Virus record (IMG/VR): IMGVR_UViG_3300043811_000032 | Location: 1-64,000 of that record | Reading direction: 5' to 3' (one strand) | From: a virus | DNA: 64,000 bases | Shown: positions 46,060-56,100 of the stretch, in pieces | Layout: each line of letters starts with the position of its first letter | How positions within the stretch are numbered: position 1 is the stretch's first letter | Program-made: the position numbers and the translations under genes | Notes under the pieces: generated by a model | Database searches by the model: none | Told to the model about the DNA's origin: nothing | The model's input: only the letters and a program-made list of their open reading frames with translations

Positions 46060-46743
46060 TTACATCCCGCCTGTAGGTTGAAGTTGCTTGGCGCCAAAGT
46101 CGATAAAGCGACCAGCACCCATGTGCGGCCAGCCGAGTTCGTAGCGGTAGCGCACGCTAGTCAGTCTTCTGCTGCCGTACATCGCCTCGATGCCGGGGTC
46201 AGAAGACCTGGTCTTACCCCATACCTCCGCCGTCGGCGTGTTCACGCACTTGCCGTTATCCTCGACCACGTAGGTGATCGGCAGATCGTGGTTGGCGGCA
46301 TAACGGGTGCACTCGGCGAACGCTCCCATCTCCGCGGCCATGTCGCCGACGAAACACCAAACGTGTCCTAGCTTGTAGACTCCGTCATTATCTCGGCTCA
46401 GCAACTTCTCGTGTTTGATCGACCACGCCACACCTAGTGCGATGGGCAGGTTGCCGCCGCAGATGGCACTGCTGTAGAACCGCCGCTCGGGCACGCAGAT
46501 CGTGATGGACTCGCCCTTGAGGATCTTCGCCATCAGCTCGTCGCGGGGGATGCCGTGGAGTAACGCATGGTAGTGACTTCTCCACGTTGAAAATACGTAG
46601 TCATGCGGCTTGACTCGCTTGAAGACCTCGATGAGCTGATCTTCGTTGCCAGCGCTCAGGTGCACTGGTGCGCGGATCTTACCGGCGTTGTAGGCCGTGG
46701 CGACCTCTTGCTCGAAGTCGATCAGTTCCTGCTTGGTGACCAC
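46060..46743 (-). CDS. ThDP-dependent E1 alpha-like subunit (short)
   Basis: PVHLS.GNE, STWRSHYHAL, GD..AE.G..E, VVEDN (ThDP motif). Confidence 0.88.
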   Translation of the reverse strand: MVTKQELIDFEQEVATAYNAGKIRAPVHLSAGNEDQLIEVFKRVKPHDYVFSTWRSHYHALLHGIPRDELMAKILKGESITICVPERRFYSSAICGGNLPIALGVAWSIKHEKLLSRDNDGVYKLGHVWCFVGDMAAEMGAFAECTRYAANHDLPITYVVEDNGKCVNTPTAEVWGKTRSSDPGIEAMYGSRRLTSVRYRYELGWPHMGAGRFIDFGAKQLQPTGGM

Positions 46744-46748
46744 TGGTG

Positions 46749-47120
46749 CTAGTCCTCTTCGGGGATGCTGCGAAGCCTCGACATATCCATCACGGGCACT
46801 GGTGCATGGGGCACAGCCAAGTCTGCTCGCTTGCGGGCTTCCCGTTCCCGCGTCTCGCGAGTCAACCGCTCCTCCGCCAGCTCCTGCAACAACTCAGGGG
46901 GACCCGACAGCGTGCCGGTGTCGTCGAACTCCGCCACCCGGTCACCGATCTGCACCGAAATACTGCTGGTACCGCCGACGTGAATGCCTTGGCTACGACG
47001 GTCGAGTGGACGTGCCTGGCAAGCCATAATACCTTGCAGCAAGTCGCACTCCAAACCGGCGAACGCCTCGTTGAAGCCCTTGATGAAGTTGCGGACCCAA
47101 CGCTCGGTAATCTGGCTCAT
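46749..47120 (-). CDS. hypothetical protein
   Basis: MSQITERW.. GGAGG RBS. Confidence 0.55.
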   Translation of the reverse strand: MSQITERWVRNFIKGFNEAFAGLECDLLQGIMACQARPLDRRSQGIHVGGTSSISVQIGDRVAEFDDTGTLSGPPELLQELAEERLTRETREREARKRADLAVPHAPVPVMDMSRLRSIPEED

Positions 47121-47304
47121 CGATGCCTCCTCCGCTGTTGCTGCCGCCACTTGGTAACGGCGCAGGCGTTCTGGTGCTGGTCGTCGTCGAGTCCTTGCAG
47201 GCGGAACGTGCAAGTGCAGGCCGGCTCTTTGCCTAGATAGCGAGAACAGTCTTTGTCATGCTCTCCTCGCAGATCTCGTTCGCACTCGCTGCACTCAACA
47301 CTCA

Positions 47305-48387
47305 TCACTTGCCTCCCACGTGCATCACCAGTCGCCTGTTGCCGATGCCAACATCGTACAGGGCGTTGGCACACGCCATCGTCAGGTCGCCGTGGTGCCG
47401 CACCCCACCGGCCGTGCCGCGGTGCTCCAAGTGAGTGTTGACCGCGTCGACCCCGCCCTTACGGATGTCCTGGAAGCTCTTCAGCTCCGCCATGAAGTGC
47501 TGGTACTCGCCCTTGAAGTACCGCTGCTCATATTCGTCGTCTCCCTCGTAGCGGAACCGCAGCTTGCGGCAGGCGGTACAACCGAAAGCATGCTGGCCGC
47601 TGACTCGGGTTAGCTCCGCTGCATCGTACTCCAGCCCCTCACCGTCGCTGAACTGCACACCCACACCATCGCTGCCAACGTAGACTACCGTGCCCGTCTC
47701 GCCCTCACGCTCGCCCTTCCACACCTTGGCCAGGTCCTTGATCTTCCAGTCCCGCAGGCCGACAGGGAAGTCGCAGTTGCGGCATGGGCTGGCGATGCGT
47801 GCCTGCTGGTACAGGTTGAGGATGTTAACCAGCTCCAGCTTCGGCACCGTCCTGCGCTGACGTCCCTTGCGGTCCGTGTGCATCATCGGGTTGGCGTTGC
47901 TCGTGATGCTGGTGATGGGGCTGACCCTACCGTGGAACCCCATCTGCTGGAGGAGCAGCCTGAGTTCGGCGCACCAACTCACCCCGCTGCCGTCGGGGAC
48001 AACCGACACGTCGCCCGTGTTCTGCAATCCGACAGCGAGTGCCGCCACGTCGTTCTTGATATCGAGGTAGAAGTCCGGGTCACCGGTCGGCCAGCGCTGC
48101 AGCCAGATCACGTCCACGTGCGGATCGCGCGGCCCCATGAACCGCTCGTCGTAGATCCGGGTCCGCACCACCGCCATCGCCGCCGGATCGACCATCGCCC
48201 CCAGGTCGACACCGATCACGAACAGCTGCCGCACTAGGTCGCCGCTGTCCTCGGCCCGCAGCCGCAGCTCGTGGCGATGCTGCCCGAGCCGGTAGTCACC
48301 ATCGATAGGCCGGTCGCGCTGCTGCTGACCGGAGCGACCAAGTACTCCGGGGCGGCGCTGCGGCATCATGTGGCTGGGGAAGATCAT
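47305..48387 (-). CDS. terminase large subunit nuclease domain (separate gene) with Zn-finger/SH3-like insert
   Basis: IGVDLG..DPAAMAV, LQRWP.G, VPDGSGV, VPKLELV, ELKSF, HGDL.MA. Confidence 0.75.
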   Translation of the reverse strand: MIFPSHMMPQRRPGVLGRSGQQQRDRPIDGDYRLGQHRHELRLRAEDSGDLVRQLFVIGVDLGAMVDPAAMAVVRTRIYDERFMGPRDPHVDVIWLQRWPTGDPDFYLDIKNDVAALAVGLQNTGDVSVVPDGSGVSWCAELRLLLQQMGFHGRVSPITSITSNANPMMHTDRKGRQRRTVPKLELVNILNLYQQARIASPCRNCDFPVGLRDWKIKDLAKVWKGEREGETGTVVYVGSDGVGVQFSDGEGLEYDAAELTRVSGQHAFGCTACRKLRFRYEGDDEYEQRYFKGEYQHFMAELKSFQDIRKGGVDAVNTHLEHRGTAGGVRHHGDLTMACANALYDVGIGNRRLVMHVGGK

Positions 48388-48494
48388 CGATCCAACCCAT
48401 AGAACCAACGACCAAGCGGGGACCACGATGGATCAAACAAAATACCCCATACAACCAACCCCATCGCTGCCCAGAAGAACCAAGGAGCATCCAT
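48384..48494 (-). CDS. small membrane peptide between terminase halves
   Basis: MDAPWFFWAAMGLVVWGILF..; ATGA-coupled to nuclease gene. Confidence 0.4.
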   Translation of the reverse strand: MDAPWFFWAAMGLVVWGILFDPSWSPLGRWFYGLDR

Positions 48495-48495
48495 C

Positions 48496-49311
48496 TCAGT
48501 TGCTCTCGTACAGTCCACCCCAGCCGCGGTCCACGTCGCCGAAGAAGCTGTGGACCTCTGCCAGGAACTCGGTCTCGTACTCTTGCTTGATCCACCAGTC
48601 ACCATGCGACTGCCGCTCCGTCTCGATGAACTGCGGTGTGATACGTGGGCAGTCGCGCCACGTATACCTGTGCCGCATCCAGTCCTTGCGGCGATTACCT
48701 TGCCACTCCTCGTAGAAGAACCCCCGCTGCCCATATGGTGTGGATAGCAGTGCCAGCCTCGACTTGATGCCTGTAGTAGCCTCGCTCACTGCCAGCATGG
48801 GCGTCACCACCGCGTAGAACTCGTCCTTGATGCGGGCTGCCTCGTCGATGCCCAGCAGCGTCACGCCGTGCTCGCCGATGATCGTATCGCCCGAGCAGGG
48901 CAGCGCTACCATCCTGCCACCGTTGGCTAGCTCCAACTCGTGCATCGTGTCCCGTGCGATATCTACCAAGTTAAGCCGCTGTGCGTACCCCTTAGCTCGA
49001 GCGATCAACCGCATCGCTTGTCGATCCGAGCGGCTCAGAATCATGGCGAAGCCGCCCAGTGCCGCTTCCAAGTACGCCGCACACGCAAACGTCTCTGTCT
49101 TGCCTCCTCCACGAGTAGTGCACATAAGTACGTTGTCTTGGCGCGTGACCAGTTCAACCAGAGCCTTCCGCTGCCACGGGTCTGGAGTCGGCATCGCCCG
49201 CCACGGTTGCAACCACAACCGAGCGGCGGAATCTCCTCGCAACGCCCGGCTCAACAGTTGCTGCTGCCGGCTGCTCAAACGGGACAGTTGGCTTGTCCAA
49301 TCCGCTGACAC
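48496..49311 (-). CDS. terminase large subunit ATPase domain
   Basis: PDPWQ, Walker A RGGGKT, Walker B GIDEAA, LSTPYG.RGFFY, QEYETEF. Confidence 0.9.
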   Translation of the reverse strand: MSADWTSQLSRLSSRQQQLLSRALRGDSAARLWLQPWRAMPTPDPWQRKALVELVTRQDNVLMCTTRGGGKTETFACAAYLEAALGGFAMILSRSDRQAMRLIARAKGYAQRLNLVDIARDTMHELELANGGRMVALPCSGDTIIGEHGVTLLGIDEAARIKDEFYAVVTPMLAVSEATTGIKSRLALLSTPYGQRGFFYEEWQGNRRKDWMRHRYTWRDCPRITPQFIETERQSHGDWWIKQEYETEFLAEVHSFFGDVDRGWGGLYESN

Positions 49312-49840
49312 CGTTCACCTCTGGAGGAAGGGAGCCGAGCAAGCCGGCGACTGCCGTGGCCAAGTCCGCTCGGTCATCCTCGGCCTCAACCTTCTGTTCC
49401 GACCCCGATCCCAGTTGCACCGCCACCGCCGCTTTGAGGAAGTTCGCCTTGCGGTCCGACGCCCGCTTGTCCCACTCGCCCAGTGCCATCCGAGATAACC
49501 CACACAGCGGGCTCTCTGGGTCTAGCGCGTCTTCCAGCTCAGCCTCGATGATCGCTCGGCGTTCACTGGGAGTCAACCCATCATCAGGGTCGCTCAGCGT
49601 TACCAGCGTCTGCCGCAACCGCTCCTGCAAGTCTACCTGTGCCAGCGGGATAGCCTCAGCCAACAACCTCTCCGTCGTCGCTGCCCGTCGCTTACGTCGA
49701 GCTGCGTTCTTCTTGCTCCTCTTGGCCTGCTGCTCGGCCTTGGTGTGGGTCTTGAGAGGCTTCATCTGTGATCGGGTCCGTTTAGTCCCGTTACTACCCC
49801 GCCCGCTCGTTTTTCTGGTCCGTTTCTTACCTAAGCCCAT
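49154..49840 (-). CDS. probable terminase small subunit / basic DNA-binding protein
   Basis: Directly upstream of the terminase ATPase gene; very basic N-terminus; assignment is positional only. Confidence 0.5.
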   Translation of the reverse strand: MGLGKKRTRKTSGRGSNGTKRTRSQMKPLKTHTKAEQQAKRSKKNAARRKRRAATTERLLAEAIPLAQVDLQERLRQTLVTLSDPDDGLTPSERRAIIEAELEDALDPESPLCGLSRMALGEWDKRASDRKANFLKAAVAVQLGSGSEQKVEAEDDRADLATAVAGLLGSLPPEVNGVSGLDKPTVPFEQPAAATVEPGVARRFRRSVVVATVAGDADSRPVAAEGSG

Positions 49841-49879
49841 GCGATGTATAGTATAATAGCCGAAAACAAGGGGCCGCTC
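49841..49879. promoter_or_regulatory. overlapping divergent -10 elements
   Basis: TATAAT (+) 49852-49857 overlaps TATACT/TACTAT (-) 49855-49848 in a 39-bp gap between divergent ATGs. Confidence 0.6.
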
Positions 49880-50365
49880 ATGACCACCGCATACGCCGCC
49901 GATGCCGCCCACCTCATCCGCGTAGCCCGCAAGGTATGCCGCCGTGCCGGCTTCCCCGTAGACGCCGACCCCGAGTACGATAGCGCCATCAACTACGCCG
50001 TATGCCTCGCTGTGGCCAAGTACAAGCCAGGCAAGAAGTCCCTGTGCACCACTGCCTGCGACTACGCCATCCACAAGTGCATCCAGGCGAGGAAGACCAT
50101 AGCCCGTTGGCGTCGTCAGGACGCTGCTGGGGCTAGCCGTCCGCAAGCCCTGGACCGTGGCCGTGCCCTGCTACCCGACCCCTTCCCCATCGCCATCCCG
50201 CTCCTCGACCGGCAAGTGCTGGACTTCGTTGCCGCCCAGATCGGCACCGGCTGTCCCAACCGCGGGCGGAGCCGTGCTGCTCGGCTGCTCCAAATGACCC
50301 GCCCCTCCCTCGACCGGTTGCTGGACGACATCTTCCTGCGCAACCCGAGCCTGCTCAGCCTTTGA
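49880..50365 (+). CDS. sigma-70-like transcription factor
   Basis: Region 2-like LIRVARK..AVAKYKPGK.SL.T.A..AI; region 4-like DRQVL..AARLLQMTRPSL. Confidence 0.6.
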   Translation: MTTAYAADAAHLIRVARKVCRRAGFPVDADPEYDSAINYAVCLAVAKYKPGKKSLCTTACDYAIHKCIQARKTIARWRRQDAAGASRPQALDRGRALLPDPFPIAIPLLDRQVLDFVAAQIGTGCPNRGRSRAARLLQMTRPSLDRLLDDIFLRNPSLLSL

Positions 50366-50872
50366 CCTGTTTCGCCCGCTGCCCGATGGCGTGGTCGGCT
50401 TCACCACCACCCCTACGCCGTGCCCGTTCTTCTCCGCCTCGATCTTCGCCGCTCGGCCATTGCGGTACTCCTCGATCTGTGCCGCCCGCAGCTCCGCCGC
50501 CTTCGCCTTCGCCGCCTTGCGCAGCTCACGCCGGATCTCTTTCGCCTCCAGCTTGGCTCGTGCCTCGTCCTGCCGAGCCCGCCGCTTCTCCGCGATGCTG
50601 CGCAGGCGCTTGTCCTGCAGGTTCTGCGGCTCCTCCCAGTAGGCTGTCGCCGAGACCTGCGCGACGATCTCCCGCACCCGCAGGGCATCGTCGTTGAAGT
50701 ACTCCACCACCTTGTCGCAGTGGGCGATCAGCCGATGCCCCGGTTGGTAGCAGCCGAGCAGGTAAGCCAGCAGCTCCGCCTCGTCCTCGGTCACCTGCAG
50801 CGGGCGCCACTGTGGCTGGAGGACGTAGCCCGTGGTCTGCTTCTTCTGGTGCTTGCGCTTCTTGCGTGGCAT
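50171..50872 (-). CDS. basic hypothetical protein
   Basis: Coupled to methyltransferase stop; 3' end overlaps convergent sigma-like gene. Confidence 0.5.
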   Translation of the reverse strand: MPRKKRKHQKKQTTGYVLQPQWRPLQVTEDEAELLAYLLGCYQPGHRLIAHCDKVVEYFNDDALRVREIVAQVSATAYWEEPQNLQDKRLRSIAEKRRARQDEARAKLEAKEIRRELRKAAKAKAAELRAAQIEEYRNGRAAKIEAEKNGHGVGVVVKPTTPSGSGRNRSKAEQARVAQEDVVQQPVEGGAGHLEQPSSTAPPAVGTAGADLGGNEVQHLPVEERDGDGEGVG

Positions 50873-53112
50873 CACTTCCTCTTGGGTATGAGGTGGCGAT
50901 ACGCAGGATACTTGTACAGGGCTCCCTCTATCCGTGGCACAGCGTTACAGCGCAGATATCGCTCCGATAGGTCGATCCCTACCGAATGTCGGCCGTGGTC
51001 GATACTGACCTCGCACGTAGTACCGCTCCCACAGAAGGGGTCCATAACTACGCACGGCACCACGTCGTAGTCGTAGCCGCAATGGCAACCCGGCTTCCAG
51101 CCCACCGTCTTCACCTCGACGCCGGCCACCGAGTTGGCGCAGCTGTTGCCCGTGCCCTCCTCGCCGGTCCGCTTGACGTAGTCGTTGGGTCGCTCCCGCT
51201 TCAGCTTCTTCTCCTCTGTCACCCGCTGCCACGGTGTGCCGCAGAAGCCGCAGGCGCCCTTCGCACTAGTGCCGGCGAGGATGCACGGCTCGATCAGTTT
51301 AGGTGGAAACGTGGCGAAGTGGGCACCAGGGTATCCGCCTGCACTAATAAGCCATACTGACCTCTTGTTCCGATTTGGTACACGGCCTAATACCGCTGAG
51401 GCGTGGTCTTCGTTGTGCGACACCTTCCCGTCGAACTCAGTGGACGCTTGCTTCGGAGCAAGCGTTCGAGGAGGTAAGTTAGCTGTGTCTGCCGGCTCCT
51501 TGATCGCCTCCGCGTCATAGAAGTAGTCCATCCCCTTCGTCAGCAGGAACACGTACTCATGCGCCTTGGTGCAACGGTTCCGCACGCTCTCGGGCATCGG
51601 CGACGGCTTGCTGTTATGGGTCAACACACCCGAAGCCAGTGCGAGCAGGTGTGGCTCGTCCTCAACGCCCAGTTCGTACACGTATCGCGACTTCGCCTTG
51701 CGGACCTCCACAACCTCCAGCCGGTCCTTCTCGTTCCAGTGCCCGCTTCGTGCCTTCCTGATCTCCCCCTTGTATCCTTTCCGCGGTTTGCCTTTGTATA
51801 TCCCGACACACGGATTCAATGTCAAGCAGTAGCCAAGCCGAGCGCAGACTGTCCGCAGATCCCTTTCCAAGTTAGCGTTCCTTGTGAACCCGAGTCGCCA
51901 GCGAACACCACCGTCGCTACCGTCTCCACTCAGGTAGCCGTCCAGCATCGCCTCCAAAAAGTCGTTGCCATACCGCCACACTACCGGCGAGAAGCCCTTG
52001 TCGTAAGCATCGACACCACTTACCAACTCCCTGATGACAGCACAGATTAACTTGCCATATACTCGGATGGTCTGATTGTTGCCGTCTACAGTCAACGTGG
52101 CAGAACCGCCGTAGTCCTCAGCAATCTTCTTTACAAACTCCCACCTGCTTACTTCGTTGACATGGCCCGACAGGCTGAACTTGTCCTTCCTATCTCGCGT
52201 AACACCGCTGCCTTCGGCGATGTAGAGCCCTGCCAACCATGCCGCATCAAGCCCTACGTGTGACGGATCTCTTGGTTCCTTTGGTGCCGGCAGGCGACAG
52301 CCTTCCAGTACATCGCCAACCCTAATGTCTTTGGATTCAACAAGACCACGATCCTTTACTGGGAACCTATGCGTTGGCGTGCAAGAAATGCGCTCACCAC
52401 TTCTAAGCACTAGCGTCCTCTCATCTCCGCACCGTGGCGACTTGCTCATCCCCTTGAGCTGTGTCCACTTATTGCCGTTCCATAGTTTGACCGTGCTCGG
52501 TTTGAGCCGGTACAGATCCTTGAGTGTCATTGGCATGTCGCCCTTCTGCGTGCGAGCGTAGACCCACGTGCCACCACTCAGGCACCAAATTATGTCCTGT
52601 CGCAGCACCCATCCATCAGCTTGCAACGCGAGGGCGACGCGCCACGGGACGCCGACGAGGTTGCCTGATCTTAAGCCGCTGGTGCCTCCGTCTTTTGGCC
52701 ACGAGCCGGCCGATTCCGACTGCTTATCGTTCTCGAACTTCTTGCCAAAGTAGCGTTCGTTGAACCCGCTTTTCACGTCTCCACCACCTCCCGCTCCGCC
52801 GTAACTGTCACCTAAATTAAGCCATAGCACCCCGTCGTCCCGCAGCACCCGCCGCACCTCGCGAAACACCTCGACCATCGTGGCGACAAACTCCTGCGGT
52901 GTCTTCTCACTGCCGATTTCCTGATGCTTGCTATCGTGCCCGTCCTCTAAGTACGAGCGGAGGCCCCAATAAGGCGGACTAGTCACGACACAGTGAACGC
53001 TCTGGGTCTTGAGCCCGCGCAGGACGTCTGTGACGTTGCCGTGATATATCTTCACGGTCTCTTGGTCCGAGGTCATCCAGTAGGGCGGCACTGCCCTGAC
53101 GTGTATCGGCAT
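50872..53112 (-). CDS. beta-class N4/N6 DNA methyltransferase with intein
   Basis: VTSPPYW, LWLNLGD, DIIW|SKPSPMPES, HFATFP, DPFCGSGT. Confidence 0.92.
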   Translation of the reverse strand: MPIHVRAVPPYWMTSDQETVKIYHGNVTDVLRGLKTQSVHCVVTSPPYWGLRSYLEDGHDSKHQEIGSEKTPQEFVATMVEVFREVRRVLRDDGVLWLNLGDSYGGAGGGGDVKSGFNERYFGKKFENDKQSESAGSWPKDGGTSGLRSGNLVGVPWRVALALQADGWVLRQDIIWCLSGGTWVYARTQKGDMPMTLKDLYRLKPSTVKLWNGNKWTQLKGMSKSPRCGDERTLVLRSGERISCTPTHRFPVKDRGLVESKDIRVGDVLEGCRLPAPKEPRDPSHVGLDAAWLAGLYIAEGSGVTRDRKDKFSLSGHVNEVSRWEFVKKIAEDYGGSATLTVDGNNQTIRVYGKLICAVIRELVSGVDAYDKGFSPVVWRYGNDFLEAMLDGYLSGDGSDGGVRWRLGFTRNANLERDLRTVCARLGYCLTLNPCVGIYKGKPRKGYKGEIRKARSGHWNEKDRLEVVEVRKAKSRYVYELGVEDEPHLLALASGVLTHNSKPSPMPESVRNRCTKAHEYVFLLTKGMDYFYDAEAIKEPADTANLPPRTLAPKQASTEFDGKVSHNEDHASAVLGRVPNRNKRSVWLISAGGYPGAHFATFPPKLIEPCILAGTSAKGACGFCGTPWQRVTEEKKLKRERPNDYVKRTGEEGTGNSCANSVAGVEVKTVGWKPGCHCGYDYDVVPCVVMDPFCGSGTTCEVSIDHGRHSVGIDLSERYLRCNAVPRIEGALYKYPAYRHLIPKRK
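51613..52584 (-). mobile_element. intein with LAGLIDADG endonuclease (324 aa)
   Basis: Begins CLSGGT, block B CTPTHRF, LAGLYIAEG/LDGYLSGDG, ends THN before Ser. Confidence 0.92.
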
Positions 53113-56100
53113 TAGCCTTCTCCCATTACTTCGCGGTACAACCCCGCCATCCTTCGGGTAAGTCTCCACCGAGTCCTCAGATTGACTCCGTTCTTCAGCG
53201 GCTGATGCGGCTCGCAGGCACCGATCCGCTTGAGGAACTTGAGCAGCCCGCGTTCCTTGTCCTCTCCTTCGTGAGTTAGGTGGATGAGTGCAGCCACCTC
53301 CAGTCCCATGTCCCCCGCCGCTGCCAAATGCCGGATGATCTCGTACGTGCGGCCCCGAGCCGTATCCATCGCCACCCGTCGCACGCGGACCATCACCTCG
53401 CCGTCAATGGCGGTGCGGTTGAGTACGATGGCGAGGCAGTACGCCAGCTTGCCGATCTGGGACGTGAGCCGAGCACTCATCTCTCGGCTTGTCTCCTCGT
53501 CCTGCTTCTTGCTAGGGCGGGCACGCAGGTACGCCACGAACTTGGCGTAGGCCATGCAGAGCCTTGCCGCCTCGTCGGTCATCGTGATGTGGGGTAGTAA
53601 CCTACCCACGTTCTGCCGCAGCCACTCGACGTAGCCGCCGGTGATGCGCTTGGCGGCGATCATTTCCGGCGTGTCGGTGGTCTCGACCTTGCCATCCACC
53701 TCGTATAGGTTCATGCGCACCTGGTTGATCTTCCGCCAGCTGATCTCGTCCTCCAGCGAGTCGTCGATCACGTCCATGATGCGGCAGCACAGGAACCGCT
53801 CGCCCAGCTCACTGGTGTCCAGCGCACGCAGCGCCCCCGTACCGCAGAGTATCCAGGCGAAGCGGATACCCTCGTAGTCGCGGGACATCTTGTTGTTGAA
53901 AGCCGACCTACCCACCGTGTCGTACAGGTCGCGGGCCTGCCCCAGCACCTGATCGCGGTTAGGTAATGTCAACACCGTGTCGCCATCTTTGACAACGAAC
54001 GCCTTGTCGCGGAGCTTGTTCACCAATCCGAGGTCCTCCGTGCCCTCCTTGTCCGTCTGGTAGCCGCTGTAGAAGCCGCGGAACGTGCTCTGGGCCTTGA
54101 CGTACTCGCGAGCCACGCTAATCGCCTCGCACAGGATACTCTTGCCGGTAGACGGAGGCGACACCGCCATGATCCAGATCTGGTCCCCCACCACCTTCAC
54201 CGAGGCGACCGCCGCCATGATGATGCTGAAGCCGTAGTCCAGCCCGTCCGTCCACTTCATCGCCTTGCGCCACGCCTGCACGCAGTCCCGCCAGTTGTCG
54301 CAGGGCTGGGTCGTGAGTAGGTCGCGGTGTGGCCCGGCCTCGCTCTTGACCAGCCACTCGGCAGGCACCGGCTCGATCCGGTCGTTGAGCCTCTCCTGTA
54401 GTTCGATGCGCTCCTCCGCCGTCGAGCCCTGCGTGAGCCAGTCCCGCACGTCGTAGCCGCTCGGCAGCTCGGGGTCGTAGCCGTCCGCGCCCCAGCGAAT
54501 GTACCTGATCTCCTTGGGTGGTGCCTCCTGGCTCGCCAACAGCCGGGCGACGCGCTCCATGCCGTCTAGTCCGGCCTTGGTGACTCGTCCCTGATGCTCG
54601 CGAGGATGGTCGTTGTCGAACAGTAGTACCACCGTCTTGCCTGCCAGCAGCGAGGCCCAGCTCGGGTTGAACACGCTACAGCCCGGCACCGCCAGCACGT
54701 TCGCCCGCTGGCCGAGTCCCGCACTGCGAGCCGCCTGTAGCGTCTCCCACCACGCCATCCCGTCCCACGGCCCTTCACAATTTCCAGACACCACCGCCTT
54801 GCCGTTCCGGCGGACCACCACAAACCCAGTGGAGACAGTCACGCAGTAGACCTTACCTTTGTAGTGCTCTCTAGTCGGTTTATTGACAATCACTCTCCAA
54901 GGTTTCTTGATCATACAGAGGACGTACTGGTCGTTGCAGTTCTCCTCCTCGGACGGTATGCGGTTGGTACCGCTGGAATAGCCGGAGATCACAGCCATCC
55001 TTGAGATGACGTCTGCGTTGGCAGCGTTGGAGGTAAAATACCGGATACAGTTCTGGCCCTTGTCGCCGTCCCAATGAGGAATCTCCTCAATGATAGTCTG
55101 GCGGGTCTTGAGCGGCCAAGCTAGCTCCTTGCCTGTCCATATCTTCTTAGGGCAGCATTCCAATAAGAATTGAGCCTCCGGCTGTCGCTTGTCTATGAGG
55201 ATAGACTCAGACTCGTCCACGCTCCCCCAGTGGTGAGTCTTGAACTTTATGCCAAGTTCGTTGAGCAGGCTCTTTAGCCGCTCTTTCTTGCGATCCTTGT
55301 AGAAGCTGAACTCGATCTGGAATCCGCCTCGGATACAACCGTCGGCTACGAAAGCCGTCAACAACTTGGCTTGCGTTTCTGATGGACCTGCTTCTTCCCC
55401 CACCATAGTACCGCTGACTGGCAACTGGAAGCCGGCACCAACGTCTTGGGCCTTTCTGACTTGGCTCTTGGTAGCCTGCTGCCTTTTGCACAGCATCCTG
55501 TGGTCTGGCGTAACCAACAGGTCACACCAGCGGCTGGCGAAGTTGACCATCTCTCCGTGGAAATCTAGGACCTGCTTGGCTCTAGGCCGCTCGAACCTTA
55601 TGCTCTCGTTCTCTGGTTTGTAGGAGGCCACTCTGTCCTCCTCTCCCAATTCCTTGAACAACATCCATCCACGGTTAGTAAGGATCTCTGTGTCGTCCGA
55701 GTAGCAGACGTAACACATCTCCTTGCTCGCGTCGAACAGCGGCACGCCATGAAGCCCGTGTCCAACGTGCTCTCCGCCTGATAGAGTCGTAGGAAGCAAC
55801 TTCATTCTCTTACTTGTATAGTCTCGCACGTAGCGGTACAGCTGGACGAGGTTGCCCTCGCGGTTGTACCCCGGCAGCGCGTAGTCAAGAGTGAGCGGAT
55901 GCCGAATAGCTCCCCACTTGACGAGCGTGTCGACACTGAGCAGCTTGCGATCCTCGGCCAGCTCCTCCAGATCCGTCGGCGGTTGTGCCGCAGCCCACAG
56001 CTCGCGTAGGAACGTAACCTGGTTACCAGCACGTCCGCAGACCTTACAGTCCCAGAGCCCGCTCGCTGTTGCCACTCGCCATTTGAGCTTACCGCAGAAC

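Noticed and set aside
45133-46743. Pyruvate dehydrogenase/transketolase as an auxiliary central-metabolism gene
   Set aside because: Subunits are truncated, E2/E3 are absent, and the context is nucleotide-sugar synthesis
25690-46743. Host O-antigen/capsule locus flanking a prophage
   Set aside because: No Wzx/Wzy/ABC export genes; interleaved with small phage-type ORFs and coupled between terminase and portal (a coverage check is still advisable)
48384-48496. Simple frameshift joining the terminase halves
   Set aside because: An intervening coupled ORF and a non-homologous leader separate the domains; the nuclease has its own plausible start
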